Positions 1-9,074 of a DNA stretch of 64,000 nt are shown here, one piece after another (position 1 is the stretch's first letter; each line of letters starts with the position of its first letter). The position numbers were made by a program, and so were the translations under genes. Source of the stretch: an uncultured Holophagales bacterium (lineage in GTDB: Bacteria; Acidobacteriota; Thermoanaerobaculia; Multivoradales; UBA5704); the NCBI GenBank assembly GCA_963842525.1, contig CAWJGT010000019.1:64001-128000 (forward strand). Reading direction: 5' to 3'. Under the pieces are notes generated by a model, which was given only the letters and a program-made list of their open reading frames with translations, did no database searches and had not been told where the DNA came from.

Positions 1-167
1 GCCGGCCCGGACTCGAGGTCCACGATGACCCGTTCGCCCCGCGCGTAGATCTTCCCGGCGGTCGAGCAGAGTGTCAGGTTCGTCTCCTCACGGAATCGTA
101 CGCCGACGTAGGCATCCTCGACGGCGGTCGACATCCCCTTGAAAGCACAGCCGTTGCAACCACTCAT
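1..167 (-). CDS. PSP1/RicT(YaaT)-like protein, N-terminal part (runs off window)
   Basis: Hand translation from ATG at 167: MSGCNGCAFKGMSTAVEDAYVGVRFREETNLTLCSTAGKIYARGERVIVDLESGP. The Cys-rich start, VGVRF and GxRVIV resemble PSP1-family N-termini; lies downstream of purD on the same strand. Confidence 0.6.
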   Translation of the reverse strand, partial: MSGCNGCAFKGMSTAVEDAYVGVRFREETNLTLCSTAGKIYARGERVIVDLESGP

Positions 168-229
168 AAATCGGTCCGTCCAGACAGCGATCCACCTTCT
201 TGCACGATGAGTACCAGACCTGTACCTTA

Positions 230-1519
230 TCACGATCTCTCCGGGGTGCCCGGCTCCAGCACGCGCCGGCCGATATCGTGGCGAAAAACCTTGGCCGGCC
301 AGTCGATCTCGGCGACGGCGGAATAAGCCCGCCGCAACGCGTCCAGGAGGTCGGGATCGAGGGCGCAGACGGAGAGCACGCGCCCGCCGGCGCTGACCAG
401 CTCGCCGTCCGACCGTGCCGTTCCGGCATGGAAGACCTGCACGCCCGGCAGGGCGGCGGCGCGGTCGAGGCCGCGGATCGGCTCTCCCGGGACCGGCCGG
501 CCCGGATAGCCGGGGCTTGCCAGCACGATGCAGGCCGCCGCCTCTTTGCGGAACGACAGGCGCCGGGCCTCGAAGCTCCCCGCCGCGCCCGACGCCAGGA
601 CCGGCAGCAGGTCGTCCTCCAGGCGCATCAGGATCACCTGCGCCTCGGGGTCGCCGAAGCGGGCGTTGAACTCCAGCACGCGCGGCCCGTCCGCCGTGAG
701 GATGAGGCCGGCGTAGAGGACCCCGCGGAAGGGGCGCCCCTCGGCGGCCAGCCCGGCCACGGTGGGATGCAACACGGTCTCGACGATGCTTGCCGCCACC
801 TCCGCCGGCAGGATGCCCGACGGGCTGTGGCTGCCCATGCCTCCGGTGTTCGGGCCGGTGTCGCCGTCGCCGATCCGCTTGTAGTCCTTGGCGGTGGCGA
901 GAGGCAGCACCCGCTCGCCGTCGCAGAGCGCCATGAGCGAGACCTCCTCCCCCTGGAGGAAGGCCTCGACCACCACCCGGTCGCCGCTGACGCCAAAACG
1001 GCGTTCCTCGAACATGGCCCGCACGGCGGCCTCGAGCTCGCTGCGGTCGTTGGCGACGATCACCCCCTTGCCGGCGGCCAGGCCGTCCGCCTTGAGGACC
1101 ACCGGCAGCCCGAACCGGTCGGCAGCGGCCAGCGCCTCGGCCGCGTCGTGAGCGATGGCGAAGGAGGCGGTGGGGATGCCGTGCCGCTCCATGAACTGCT
1201 TGGCGAACACCTTGCTCCCCTCGATCTCGGCGGCGCGCTGGCTCGGCCCGAAGATCGCCAGCCCGCGGGCGGTGAATTCGTCCACGATGCCCAGGGTCAG
1301 CGGCAGCTCGGGCCCGACCACCGTGAGGTCGATCCGCATCTCGGCCGCGAAGTCCGCCAGCCGGTGGATCTCCTCCGGCGCCATCGGGACGAGGTCGGCC
1401 AGCTCGGCGATCCCCGGGTTGCCGGGAGCGCAGTAGAGGTCGCGCAATAAAGGGCTTTGCCGCAGCTTCCAGCAGAGGGCATGCTCGCGCGCCCCGCCTC
1501 CGACCACCAGCACTCTCAT
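230..1519 (-). CDS. purD: Phosphoribosylamine--glycine ligase
   Basis: [58 protein letters not shown] motifs. Confidence 0.97.
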   Translation of the reverse strand: MRVLVVGGGAREHALCWKLRQSPLLRDLYCAPGNPGIAELADLVPMAPEEIHRLADFAAEMRIDLTVVGPELPLTLGIVDEFTARGLAIFGPSQRAAEIEGSKVFAKQFMERHGIPTASFAIAHDAAEALAAADRFGLPVVLKADGLAAGKGVIVANDRSELEAAVRAMFEERRFGVSGDRVVVEAFLQGEEVSLMALCDGERVLPLATAKDYKRIGDGDTGPNTGGMGSHSPSGILPAEVAASIVETVLHPTVAGLAAEGRPFRGVLYAGLILTADGPRVLEFNARFGDPEAQVILMRLEDDLLPVLASGAAGSFEARRLSFRKEAAACIVLASPGYPGRPVPGEPIRGLDRAAALPGVQVFHAGTARSDGELVSAGGRVLSVCALDPDLLDALRRAYSAVAEIDWPAKVFRHDIGRRVLEPGTPERS

Positions 1520-2526
1520 GCGTTCCTCCGCTCAGCCGTTTCAGAGACTGTGGCCGCGTCGAGGGCGGCGACGGCCATCACGTCCAGTATGTCTTCTACG
1601 GAGCAGCCCCGCGAGAGGTCGTGCACCGGCCGGGCGAGCCCCTGCAGCAGCGGCCCCACGGCCCGGGCGCCGGCCAGCCGCTCGGTGAGCTTATATGCGA
1701 TATTGCCGGCGTCCAGGTCGGGGAAGACCAGGACGTTCGCCTGCCCACCGACCGGGCTGCCCGGCGCCTTGCGGCGCGCCACGTCCGGCACCAGGGCGGC
1801 GTCGGCCTGGAGCTCGCCGTCCACCTCGAAGCCCACCCCGCGGGCGCGCAGGTGCTCCAGGGCGGCTCGCACCTTGGCGACCTTCGGGTGCGCGGCGCTC
1901 CCCTTGGTGGAGAACGAGAGCAGGGCCACGCGGGGCTCTTCCTCGAGCAGAATGCGGCAGCTCGCCGCGGCGGCCTCGGCGATGTCCGCTAGCTCCTCCG
2001 GGTCCGGATCGGGGATCACGCCGCAATCGCTGTAGATCAGGCCCCGGCCATCGGGCAGGACCATGAGGAAGCAGGAGGAGACCGCGCGCAGGCCAGGCCG
2101 TGGGCCGATCACCCGCAGCGCGGCGCGCAGGGTATCCGCCGTGGTGGCGAGGGCGCCCATGACCGCGCCGTCGGCGCGCCCGGCGGCGACGCGCAGGGCC
2201 GCATAGTGCAGGGGGTCCAGGGCCAGGCGGGCGGCGGCCTCGGGGGAGACCCCCCGCGGCTTCAACCGTTCGGCGAGCCGCGCGGCGAGGTGCGGCAGGT
2301 CGGGCGCGCGCACCGGGTCGAGGACCGGCACGGTCAGCCGGACGCCCGCCGCCGCCGCCGCCCGCTCCACCTTCCCGGGGTCCCCGACGAGGCTCGCCTG
2401 GCAGAGGCTGGTGGCCACGGCCCGCTCCGCCGCGGCGACGACACGGGGGTCCTCGCCCTCCGCCAGCAGGATGGAGGCCCCGACCTCGCCGGCCCGCGCG
2501 CGCAGTCGATCGAGAGGGTTCTGCAA
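1516..2526 (-). CDS. pta: Phosphate acetyltransferase (PTA/PTB family)
   Basis: [56 protein letters not shown] motifs. Start uncertain (TTG 2526 or GTG 2544); the upstream extension of the ORF is repeat DNA. Confidence 0.9.
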   Translation of the reverse strand: MQNPLDRLRARAGEVGASILLAEGEDPRVVAAAERAVATSLCQASLVGDPGKVERAAAAAGVRLTVPVLDPVRAPDLPHLAARLAERLKPRGVSPEAAARLALDPLHYAALRVAAGRADGAVMGALATTADTLRAALRVIGPRPGLRAVSSCFLMVLPDGRGLIYSDCGVIPDPDPEELADIAEAAAASCRILLEEEPRVALLSFSTKGSAAHPKVAKVRAALEHLRARGVGFEVDGELQADAALVPDVARRKAPGSPVGGQANVLVFPDLDAGNIAYKLTERLAGARAVGPLLQGLARPVHDLSRGCSVEDILDVMAVAALDAATVSETAERRNA

Positions 2527-2555
2527 GTGGCGCGATCTTACCACCGCAGACTCTC

Positions 2556-2612
2556 CCTCCCCCGACCCCTCCCCCGCGCGTCCCCCACCCCGTCCCCCCG
2601 AGCGGGAGAGGT
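2556..2612. repeat. REP-like GC-rich palindromic element (CCCTC-CCCC...GGGAGAGG family)
   Basis: cccctcccccgcgcg...cccgagcgggagagg closely matches the reverse complement of 44781-44826. Confidence 0.65.
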
Positions 2613-2644
2613 CCACGCCAGATCTGAGCTGCGGGAGCCGGCCA

Positions 2645-2832
2645 GGAGTTGGGGGGCGCCGGCCCCCAGTCGGAGCTGCGCTCCCCCGAGTAGGGGGCGG
2701 GCGCTCTGAGTTGGGGGGCTGCGGTCTTGAGCTGGGGAAGCTTTCCCCAACTCGGTGGAGCTCTCCAACAACTCGGTGGAGCTTCTCCCCAACTCGGGGA
2801 GGCTCCCCCACAACTCGGGGAGGCTCCCCCCT
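2645..2832. repeat. Degenerate 21-bp tandem array arranged as an inverted pair
   Basis: Right arm units aactcggtggagctctccaac / aactcggtggagcttctcccc / aactcggggaggctcccccac; left arm gagttggggg-like units at 20-21 bp spacing; centre gagctggggaagctttccccaactc. Confidence 0.75.
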
Positions 2833-2915
2833 CGCGGGTCTACCGCACCGGCTTGTCCAGACGCGGCGGGAACATCTCGTCGAGCCCCGCCCCGGTCAGC
2901 TCCCAGCGGAGTCCT

Positions 2916-4433
2916 TCATGGAACGGCATGGGATCGGAGATGGGGATTGCTCCTCGCCTTGAAGAGCTGCTCCTGGAGCCGCCGGACCATCTCCGCGGTG
3001 ACCTGCTCCTTCTCGGCGGCATCCTGGAACAGGATCACCGCTGCGATGGCTTCCCGTTGTACTTTCTGGACCTTGAAGATCTCAAGCATCTGGTCGGCCA
3101 GGATCTTGATTTCCGCGAAACGCCCCTCCTCGCGGTAGAGCAGCGCCACGTCCAGGCTCGCCAGTGCGTAGTCGAAGGGGTTCTCGCGCACCTCGAATTC
3201 GTGCCGAACCTGCTCCAGCTTGGTGAGAGCCGCCGCCCTCTGTCCCAGGCCGGTGGCGCAGTTTCCTTCCAGCCATAGAGTTCTCACAAGGTCCTCGTCG
3301 TTACGCAGCCGCTCGGCCAGCAGGCGTACCTCGGCCACGACCGGTGCCGCCTCCCCGGCCCGGCCCAGCAGGAGGAGGTTCGATGCCTGGTTGAACCGGA
3401 CGCCGAACCACAACCGCGGCTGGTGACCGGCGTCGACCGCCCGCGCCGCCTTTGCGAGCGTTTGAAGCGCCTCTTCGTGCGCTCCTTGGTGTTGGAAGGT
3501 AAATGCCTTGTTGAGCAGGATGGAGCCTTCCTCTTCGGGCCGAGCTAGCGCCAGGGCGTCCTCGTGCAGCTTGAGCGCCCGGGGGAAGAGCCTTTGATCC
3601 CGGCGCAGTGAAGCCTCCATGTCGAGCAAGTATGCTTTGGAAAGCAGGCCCGCCGGGTCTTTCCCTTTGTTCCAGAGGCCCCAGGCGCGGGCAAAGGTCG
3701 TTGCAGCGCCGGGAAGGTCGCGGCCGATCACTCGGTGACCGTTTGCGACGAACCCGGTGCACCAGCCTTGGAGGCTGGGTTTGAAGACGCTGTCCTCCAA
3801 GTGCTCGGCAACAAAAAGGGCCAGCTCGGCCAGCTTCAAGGCCTCACCTGGATCCTTTGCCGCCGCGTCCTCGCTCTGCTTGCAGATGTGCAGGCAGAGC
3901 AGCGGGTCCCGGTACGCCTGCGCGCCCTGGAGGAGGAGCCGCTGCTTGTGCCGCGGGTAGCTCTTCAGCTTCTCGAACAACGCCTCGACCCGTTGCTGGT
4001 CCTGCATCGTGGGAGGGCCGAGCCGGCGCGGCGCGCTCCGCAAGAGCGCATGCTCCGCCCGGGCCAGGGCCAGCGCCCGCTCCACGATGTCCCACACGGC
4101 CGCCCGGGCCGCTTCGCCCAGAACCGTCGTGCCAGCCGGCGCGGTATCCACCTGGCCCAGGGCGAGCGCCCTGCGGACCAGCCGGTGGCACCAGCGGAGA
4201 AAGCCGACGAGCCGCTGGGGCACGCCGGCCGCCGACCGGATCAACTGGAAGGTCGCCTCTCTCGGCCTTTTCTTCCCCTCTTCATAGCGGTGGAGATCGC
4301 TTCGGTCGATTCCGGCCTTCCTGGCAAGCCGGACCTGGGACCATTCTCCTGGCAGCCAACGAAGGAAGGAGATGAAGTCGCCAAAGAGGACCTTCTCGTT
4401 GTGGTCGTCGTGCTCGCCCTTGTCCCGTGTCAT
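2916..4433 (-). CDS. XRE-family HTH + TPR-repeat protein (copy A)
   Basis: N-terminal WSQVRLARKAGIDRSDLHRYEEGKKRP is an XRE-type HTH, followed by about 350 aa of Ala/Leu-rich TPR-like helices; start taken at MTRDKGEH. Confidence 0.8.
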   Translation of the reverse strand: MTRDKGEHDDHNEKVLFGDFISFLRWLPGEWSQVRLARKAGIDRSDLHRYEEGKKRPREATFQLIRSAAGVPQRLVGFLRWCHRLVRRALALGQVDTAPAGTTVLGEAARAAVWDIVERALALARAEHALLRSAPRRLGPPTMQDQQRVEALFEKLKSYPRHKQRLLLQGAQAYRDPLLCLHICKQSEDAAAKDPGEALKLAELALFVAEHLEDSVFKPSLQGWCTGFVANGHRVIGRDLPGAATTFARAWGLWNKGKDPAGLLSKAYLLDMEASLRRDQRLFPRALKLHEDALALARPEEEGSILLNKAFTFQHQGAHEEALQTLAKAARAVDAGHQPRLWFGVRFNQASNLLLLGRAGEAAPVVAEVRLLAERLRNDEDLVRTLWLEGNCATGLGQRAAALTKLEQVRHEFEVRENPFDYALASLDVALLYREEGRFAEIKILADQMLEIFKVQKVQREAIAAVILFQDAAEKEQVTAEMVRRLQEQLFKARSNPHLRSHAVP

Positions 4434-4576
4434 GGCTCCCTCGCAGCGCTTCGGCCCACACCGTTGTGGTCCTGAGTTGGATAAATACACCTGAACCGGG
4501 CACCATGGAGGGGGAGGAGGCGCCTCCACGGCCAACGGCGGCCGTCCTGAAGGCCGTCTCGCCCGAAGGACTCAGC

Positions 4577-4897
4577 ATGCCCCGTCGCCGCATCGCCCTT
4601 GTCCTCCTTGCCTTCCTGGTCGCCACCCTATTGTGCGCACCCGCTTGGGCAGCGCCAAGCCGGTCCACACCCGAGGCGCATCTGTTCGACATCCTCGCAC
4701 GCCTTTGGAGCTCCCTGACGGCCGTCTGGTCGCAGGAAGGCTGCCATCTCGACCCCCATGGCGGTGGCGTGGCCTCGCAGCCCACAACGGATCATGGCTG
4801 CGGGATCGACCCCCATGGCGGCTGCACCGGCCAGGCCCTCACAACGGCTGCGGGCTGCATCCTCGACCCACATGGCGTTTGCATGCCCGGAAGTTGA
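4577..4897 (+). CDS. Small secreted precursor peptide with three GCxxDPHG repeats
   Basis: RBS gaagga at 4565-4570; signal peptide MPRRRIALVLLAFLVATLLCAPAWA; then LARLWSSLTAVW; cores EGCHLDPHGGG, HGCGIDPHGGC, AGCILDPHGVC at 19-aa spacing. Confidence 0.85.
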   Translation: MPRRRIALVLLAFLVATLLCAPAWAAPSRSTPEAHLFDILARLWSSLTAVWSQEGCHLDPHGGGVASQPTTDHGCGIDPHGGCTGQALTTAAGCILDPHGVCMPGS

Positions 4898-4915
4898 AAA
4901 GGATCTTCTTTTGTT

Positions 4916-4942
4916 GGGAGGGGCTCACCATGACCCCCTCCC
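4916..4942. terminator. Hairpin between convergent genes
   Basis: gggagggg-N11-cccctccc stem between the peptide stop (4897) and the HTH-TPR copy B stop (4950). Confidence 0.5.
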
Positions 4943-4949
4943 TTGCATT

Positions 4950-6437
4950 TCATCCCTCGAAGCGGAGCTTCGGGTTGCTTTTCGCCATGGTGAGATAGTC
5001 CTGGAGCCGGCGGACCAGCCCCGCAGTGACCTTCTCTTTCTCGGTGGCATCCCGCAAAAGGATCACCGCGGCGACGGCCTCCCGGTGTACCTTCTGGGCC
5101 TTGAAGATCTCCAGGACCTCGCCCGCCAGCGCCTTGATCTCCGCAAAGCGCCCTTCCTGCCGATAGAGCAGTGCCACGTCCAGGCTCGCCAAGGCGTAGT
5201 CGAAGGCGTTCTCACGCACCTCGAATTCGTGCCGCACCTGCTCCAGCTTGGTGAGAGCCACCTCCCTCTGTCCCAGGCCTGCGGCGGAGTTCCCTTCCAA
5301 CCATAGCGTTCTGACGAGGTCCTCGTCGTTGCGCAGCCGCTCGGCCAAGTCCCGGACCTCTGCCACGATAGGTGCCGCTTCCTCGGGCCGACCTAGCAGG
5401 AGGAGGTTCGATGCGGTTGAACCGGACGCCGAACCACAACCGCGGCTGGCGATCGGCGTCGACCGCCCGCGCAGCCTTTGCGAGGGTTTGAAGCGCCTCC
5501 TCGTGCTCGCCTTGGTGTTGGAAGGTAAATGCCTTGTTGAGCAGGATGGAGCCTTCCTCTTCGGGCCGAGCTAGCGCCAGGGCGTCCTCGTGCAGCTTGA
5601 GCGCCCGGGGGAAGAGCCTCTGATCCCGGCGCAGTGAAGCTTCCATGTCGAGCAAGTATGCTTTGGAAAGCAGGCCCGCCGGGTCGTCTTCCGCTTTGTT
5701 CCAGAGGCCCCAGGCGCGGGCAAAGGTCGTTGCAGCGCCGGGAAGGTCGCGGCCAATCACTCGGTGGCCGTTCGCGACGACCCAGTGCACCAGCCTTGGA
5801 GGCTGGGTTTGAAGACGCTGTCCTCCAAGTGCTCGGCAACGAAAAGGGCCAGCTCGGCCAGCGCCAAGGCCCGGTCCGGGTTTTGCGGCGCCGCTTTCTC
5901 GCTGTCCGCGCACAGGACAAAGGCCAATCCCCAGTGCTGGTAATCCGGCGCCCCTTCGATCAGGAAGCGCTGGTCTGCGGGTGCGTAGGTCAGCAGCTCC
6001 CGGGCGAGCCTCCGTCCTTCTTCAAGGTCACGGCGGGCGTTCTCCTGGCGGATCTCCCGGAGGCGCAAGTCCAGGACGAGATCCGACACCTCGCAGGCAG
6101 CGAGGGCCGCGGCCTTCTCGGCAATGCGGCGCTCTTCGGGCGTGGGATCCACCGGCGAGCTCGAGGAAGATTGGGCAGGCAGGACGAGCCGGGCGGCGAG
6201 GACGGCGCGCTCGACCTCTTCGGGACCCAGATCCATGAGCTCGGCGAGCTCCTCCAGGCGCTCCCGGCTCAAGCCGTCGCTGACAAAGGCCGAGATCGTG
6301 GTGGCGGCGACGCCCGCGGCCAGGGCGAGCTTCCTTCCGGTCCACCCATGCCCGCGCAGCAGGAGATCCAGGGCATAGCCAAGCAGCCGAGGACTCTCGC
6401 GAGCGGCCGCGTCCATCGCCTCAGGCAGGTTCTCCAT
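4950..6437 (-). CDS. XRE-family HTH + TPR-repeat protein (copy B), two frameshifts
   Basis: Joined from ORFs 5757..6569, 5212..5913 and 4950..5366; HTH-like GWTGRKLALAAGVAATTISAF; C-terminal two-thirds nearly identical to copy A; indels near 5780 and 5412; RBS ggaggagaag before ATG 6437. Confidence 0.8.
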
Positions 6438-6619
6438 GGCCTTCTCCTCCCAAAGATCCTCCAACTCCATAAGAGTAGGTTGCCGCAAGGCGCCCTTTGG
6501 GGACAGAAGGCGAAAACATCCGACTGGGAGCCGCAGCCGTGCGGGTGTTCCGCAATTCGTTGACGGCAAACGACAACGACGTGGTTAACCTCCATGGGTT
6601 GCCAAGGCCAGGAGGTTTG

Positions 6620-6860
6620 CATGCCCAGGGGCACGGCGAGAGAAGGACCGGCAGGTCAGCCGGCGCATCGGAAGGGCGGTCGCGAAGAGCCGCGGAGCGC
6701 GCACGTCGACGAGCGGCGCCTCCTGCGCGGCGAGCTCGATGGCTGCGAACGGCGCAGATTCCTCTGCCATCTCCTGGAAGGCTGCCCGGAGTGTCTCGCC
6801 ATGGCCCATTGGATCTGGCAGATAGGCGAGCGGCGGGGGAAAGGCCCTGTGGAGTGTTGA
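6620..6860 (+). CDS. Small protein with zf-HC2-like H-x4-C-x2-C motif
   Basis: RBS caggagg before ATG 6620; HVDERRLLRGELDGCERRRFLCHLLEGCPECL resembles an anti-sigma zinc-finger segment; divergent from HTH-TPR copy B. Confidence 0.55.
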
Positions 6861-7114
6861 CGTTCCAGGAGGCACTGGCGGAGCTCCGGCAGTTGCTGTC
6901 GATGGTTGAGGGGGTGCGGGCGGGCCTGTACATCGTGCACGGGAGCCTTCCGGCAGCGCCGGAGGATCTGGACACGGAAGATTTCGCGGTCCATCCGGAA
7001 GGGGCCAGCGGGTTGCGGAGCGCGATCGAAGGGTTGTTGATGGATCAGGTCGAGCCGGCGATCCGGGCACTGCGGGCGGCCTTGGAAATTCCGGAGGGAG
7101 CGCAGAAGCTGTAA
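6854..7114 (+). CDS. Small helical hypothetical protein
   Basis: VLTFQEALAELRQLLSMVEGVRAGLYIVHGSLP...LRSAIEGLLMDQVEPAIRALRAAL; overlaps the upstream stop codon; two amphipathic helices. Confidence 0.6.
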   Translation: MLTFQEALAELRQLLSMVEGVRAGLYIVHGSLPAAPEDLDTEDFAVHPEGASGLRSAIEGLLMDQVEPAIRALRAALEIPEGAQKL

Positions 7115-7131
7115 GGAGGGGAGGAGCATCG

Positions 7132-7359
7132 ATGGACGACGACGAGCTGCTGCGGTTCTGCAGGTCCACGGCGCGGGACCCCGACGGGGGAGACGGTTGT
7201 TGCCTGGCGCGGCCTGGCGCAGAGGAGCCGGGAGCGGTCCCGGCCCTGCGGCTGGACCACATTGCGGTGGTGGTGCAGGACCTGGAGCGAGCGGTCCGTC
7301 TGTTCGAGCTTTCCGAACGCCGCGCACCAGGCGCCGAGGGCGGCGAGCCTTCTTCGTGA
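7132..7359 (+). pseudogene. Probable VOC/glyoxalase fragment
   Basis: LRLDHIAVVVQDLERAVRLFE is a typical VOC N-terminal motif, but the ORF ends soon after; RBS ggaggag upstream. Confidence 0.4.
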
Positions 7360-7408
7360 CGCAACAGCCGGACGACCCTGTCGCCTGGCGGTCTCCAACA
7401 ATAACGGC

Positions 7409-8176
7409 CTACCCCTTGAGCACCATCAACCCGGTCGGCTGCGGCACGCCGCCCCAGGGCTCGATGGTGACCGCCCAGACCGGCACCTCGGCGTCCGGCG
7501 GCGCTCCGTCGACGCGCAGCCGGCCGATGCCTTCGTAGTCCAGGTCGAACGTGCCGACCGGCACCGGATGGCCGTCGACGATCCACCAGAGCTCGTAGGT
7601 CTTGCCGGCCTCTGCCGGCGGCAGGTGGAAGGCGTAGAAGACCGCCCGCCGCTGCCGCGGATCGACGAAGGCATAGCCCGAGGCGCCGGGCGCCGGGTCG
7701 AGGCCGGCGAGCCGGACCGACTGCGAGCGGGGCGCGGCGAGGATCGCGAGCGCCTCGGCCAGCTCGGCGCGCGCGGATTCCACCTTGTGCTCCCGGGCCA
7801 CGACCTGCTGCGCCAGGCGGTTCCGCTCGGCGCGCAGCCGGTCGACCTCCTGGCCGAGCCGCACCTGGCGCCAGCCGCCCCAGACCATGAGGGCGAGCAG
7901 GGCCGCCGCGGGGAGGGCCCAGCGGCGCAGCAGGGCGCGCCGCTGCAAGGCCTCGACGCGGCGCAGGAGGCTCCGGCGCGTCTCCGGCGCAGGCGTCGCG
8001 GGCGGGATCGAAGCCACCAGCTCCTCGAGGTCCCCGCGCCACAGGTCGAGCTGCCGCCGGCACTCGCCGCAGCCGCCCGCGAGGTGCTGCTCGAAATCGC
8101 GCAGGTCTTCGCCGTCCAGCGCGCCCAGGACATAGGCCGCCAGCAGCTCTTCGTAATGCGGAGAATGGGCGGTCAT
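7409..8176 (-). CDS. Anti-sigma factor, RskA family with N-terminal zf-HC2
   Basis: ELLAAYVLGALD...FEQHLAGGCGEC, one TM segment, C-terminal GKTYELWWI...AVTIEPWGGVPQPTG. Confidence 0.88.
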   Translation of the reverse strand: MTAHSPHYEELLAAYVLGALDGEDLRDFEQHLAGGCGECRRQLDLWRGDLEELVASIPPATPAPETRRSLLRRVEALQRRALLRRWALPAAALLALMVWGGWRQVRLGQEVDRLRAERNRLAQQVVAREHKVESARAELAEALAILAAPRSQSVRLAGLDPAPGASGYAFVDPRQRRAVFYAFHLPPAEAGKTYELWWIVDGHPVPVGTFDLDYEGIGRLRVDGAPPDAEVPVWAVTIEPWGGVPQPTGLMVLKG

Positions 8177-8201
8177 CGCGCTCGACGGTGCGCCCCCAAG
8201 C

Positions 8202-9005
8202 CTACGATGCCGGCATTCTGAAGGTGAGGGAGGCCCAGAAGCTCTCCCAATCGGCCCCGGCCTCCTTGGGGGCCGGGATCATGTGCACCGCTTTGACCAG
8301 CCAGTCCCCGCCTTGTCCGAGGCGCAGGAGGACCCGCCCCTGGGCGTCGGACCGGGCGGCGACCTGCGCCTCGGGATCCTCGCGAGGGATCGCCACCACC
8401 AGCGCTCCGGCCAGCGGCTTTCCCTGGTAGAGGAGCCGGACCGGAAGGTCGGCCCCGGGACGCAGGCCGGCCGGGCTCGCCTCGGGCACCAGCTCGAGAG
8501 GCAGCCCCAGGACCCGGTCGTGGCCCTTGCCGCCGGCGGCTCCGACGGTAACCAGAGACTTGGCACAGCGGGAGAAGACCTCCTTGCCGGGGGCCGCGGT
8601 CCTGCCCTGCTTGGCCCGCAGGTCGTGGATGCGCTCGAGCCCCTCCTCGACCAGGTAGCGCTCGAACTTCGGCCCGTCCTGCTCGAGCCGGGCTCGGGAG
8701 CTGTCGTAGGCGATCAGGTAGGTCCCTGGCATGGTGAACGCGGCATAGCCCGCCGGCTCTCCCCAGGGCACTCCCTGGACAGGAGCCTCGCCGGCGGGTC
8801 CGGCCGCGACGAAGCGTTCGAGGAACGACGGATCGCGCGGCACCGGGTCGCCCCGGAAGCCCTGCCCCAGCCGCAGGCGGACCGCGATCCGCTGGCCCGG
8901 CGCGGGCGCGAAGCTCGACGGCTCGATCCAGAGGTCGTGCGCCCACGAACCGGGGGCGGCGAGGAGCAGAAGCATCAGCACCAGGGTGGTCGTCGGTCTG
9001 CGCAT
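8202..9005 (-). CDS. DUF4198-like secreted protein
   Basis: Signal peptide then AHDLWIEPS; SRCAKSLV; GLPLELVP; LLYQGKPLAG; WLVKAVHM; WESFWASLTF. Confidence 0.82.
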   Translation of the reverse strand: MRRPTTTLVLMLLLLAAPGSWAHDLWIEPSSFAPAPGQRIAVRLRLGQGFRGDPVPRDPSFLERFVAAGPAGEAPVQGVPWGEPAGYAAFTMPGTYLIAYDSSRARLEQDGPKFERYLVEEGLERIHDLRAKQGRTAAPGKEVFSRCAKSLVTVGAAGGKGHDRVLGLPLELVPEASPAGLRPGADLPVRLLYQGKPLAGALVVAIPREDPEAQVAARSDAQGRVLLRLGQGGDWLVKAVHMIPAPKEAGADWESFWASLTFRMPAS

Positions 9006-9074
9006 GATCTGTTCTTCTCTCTCGCCACCCTTCCACCCCCTCCCTCATAAGTGCAGGAAAGAGGGGTCTGAGCG

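Noticed and set aside
2645-2832. 21-bp arrays here and at 44201-44560 as CRISPR
   Set aside because: Units are contiguous and degenerate, without unique spacers.
4735-4882. Three 57-bp-spaced DNA repeats as a mini CRISPR array
   Set aside because: The repeats are in-frame codons of peptide cores with internal variable positions, and no cas genes are in the window.
4577-4897. Classical RiPP biosynthetic cluster
   Set aside because: No radical SAM, YcaO, LanM, ATP-grasp or peptidase/exporter gene is adjacent, and the precursor has a Sec-type signal. The ATP-grasp-like gene at 12937 is 8 kb away beyond housekeeping genes. Modification in trans is not excluded.
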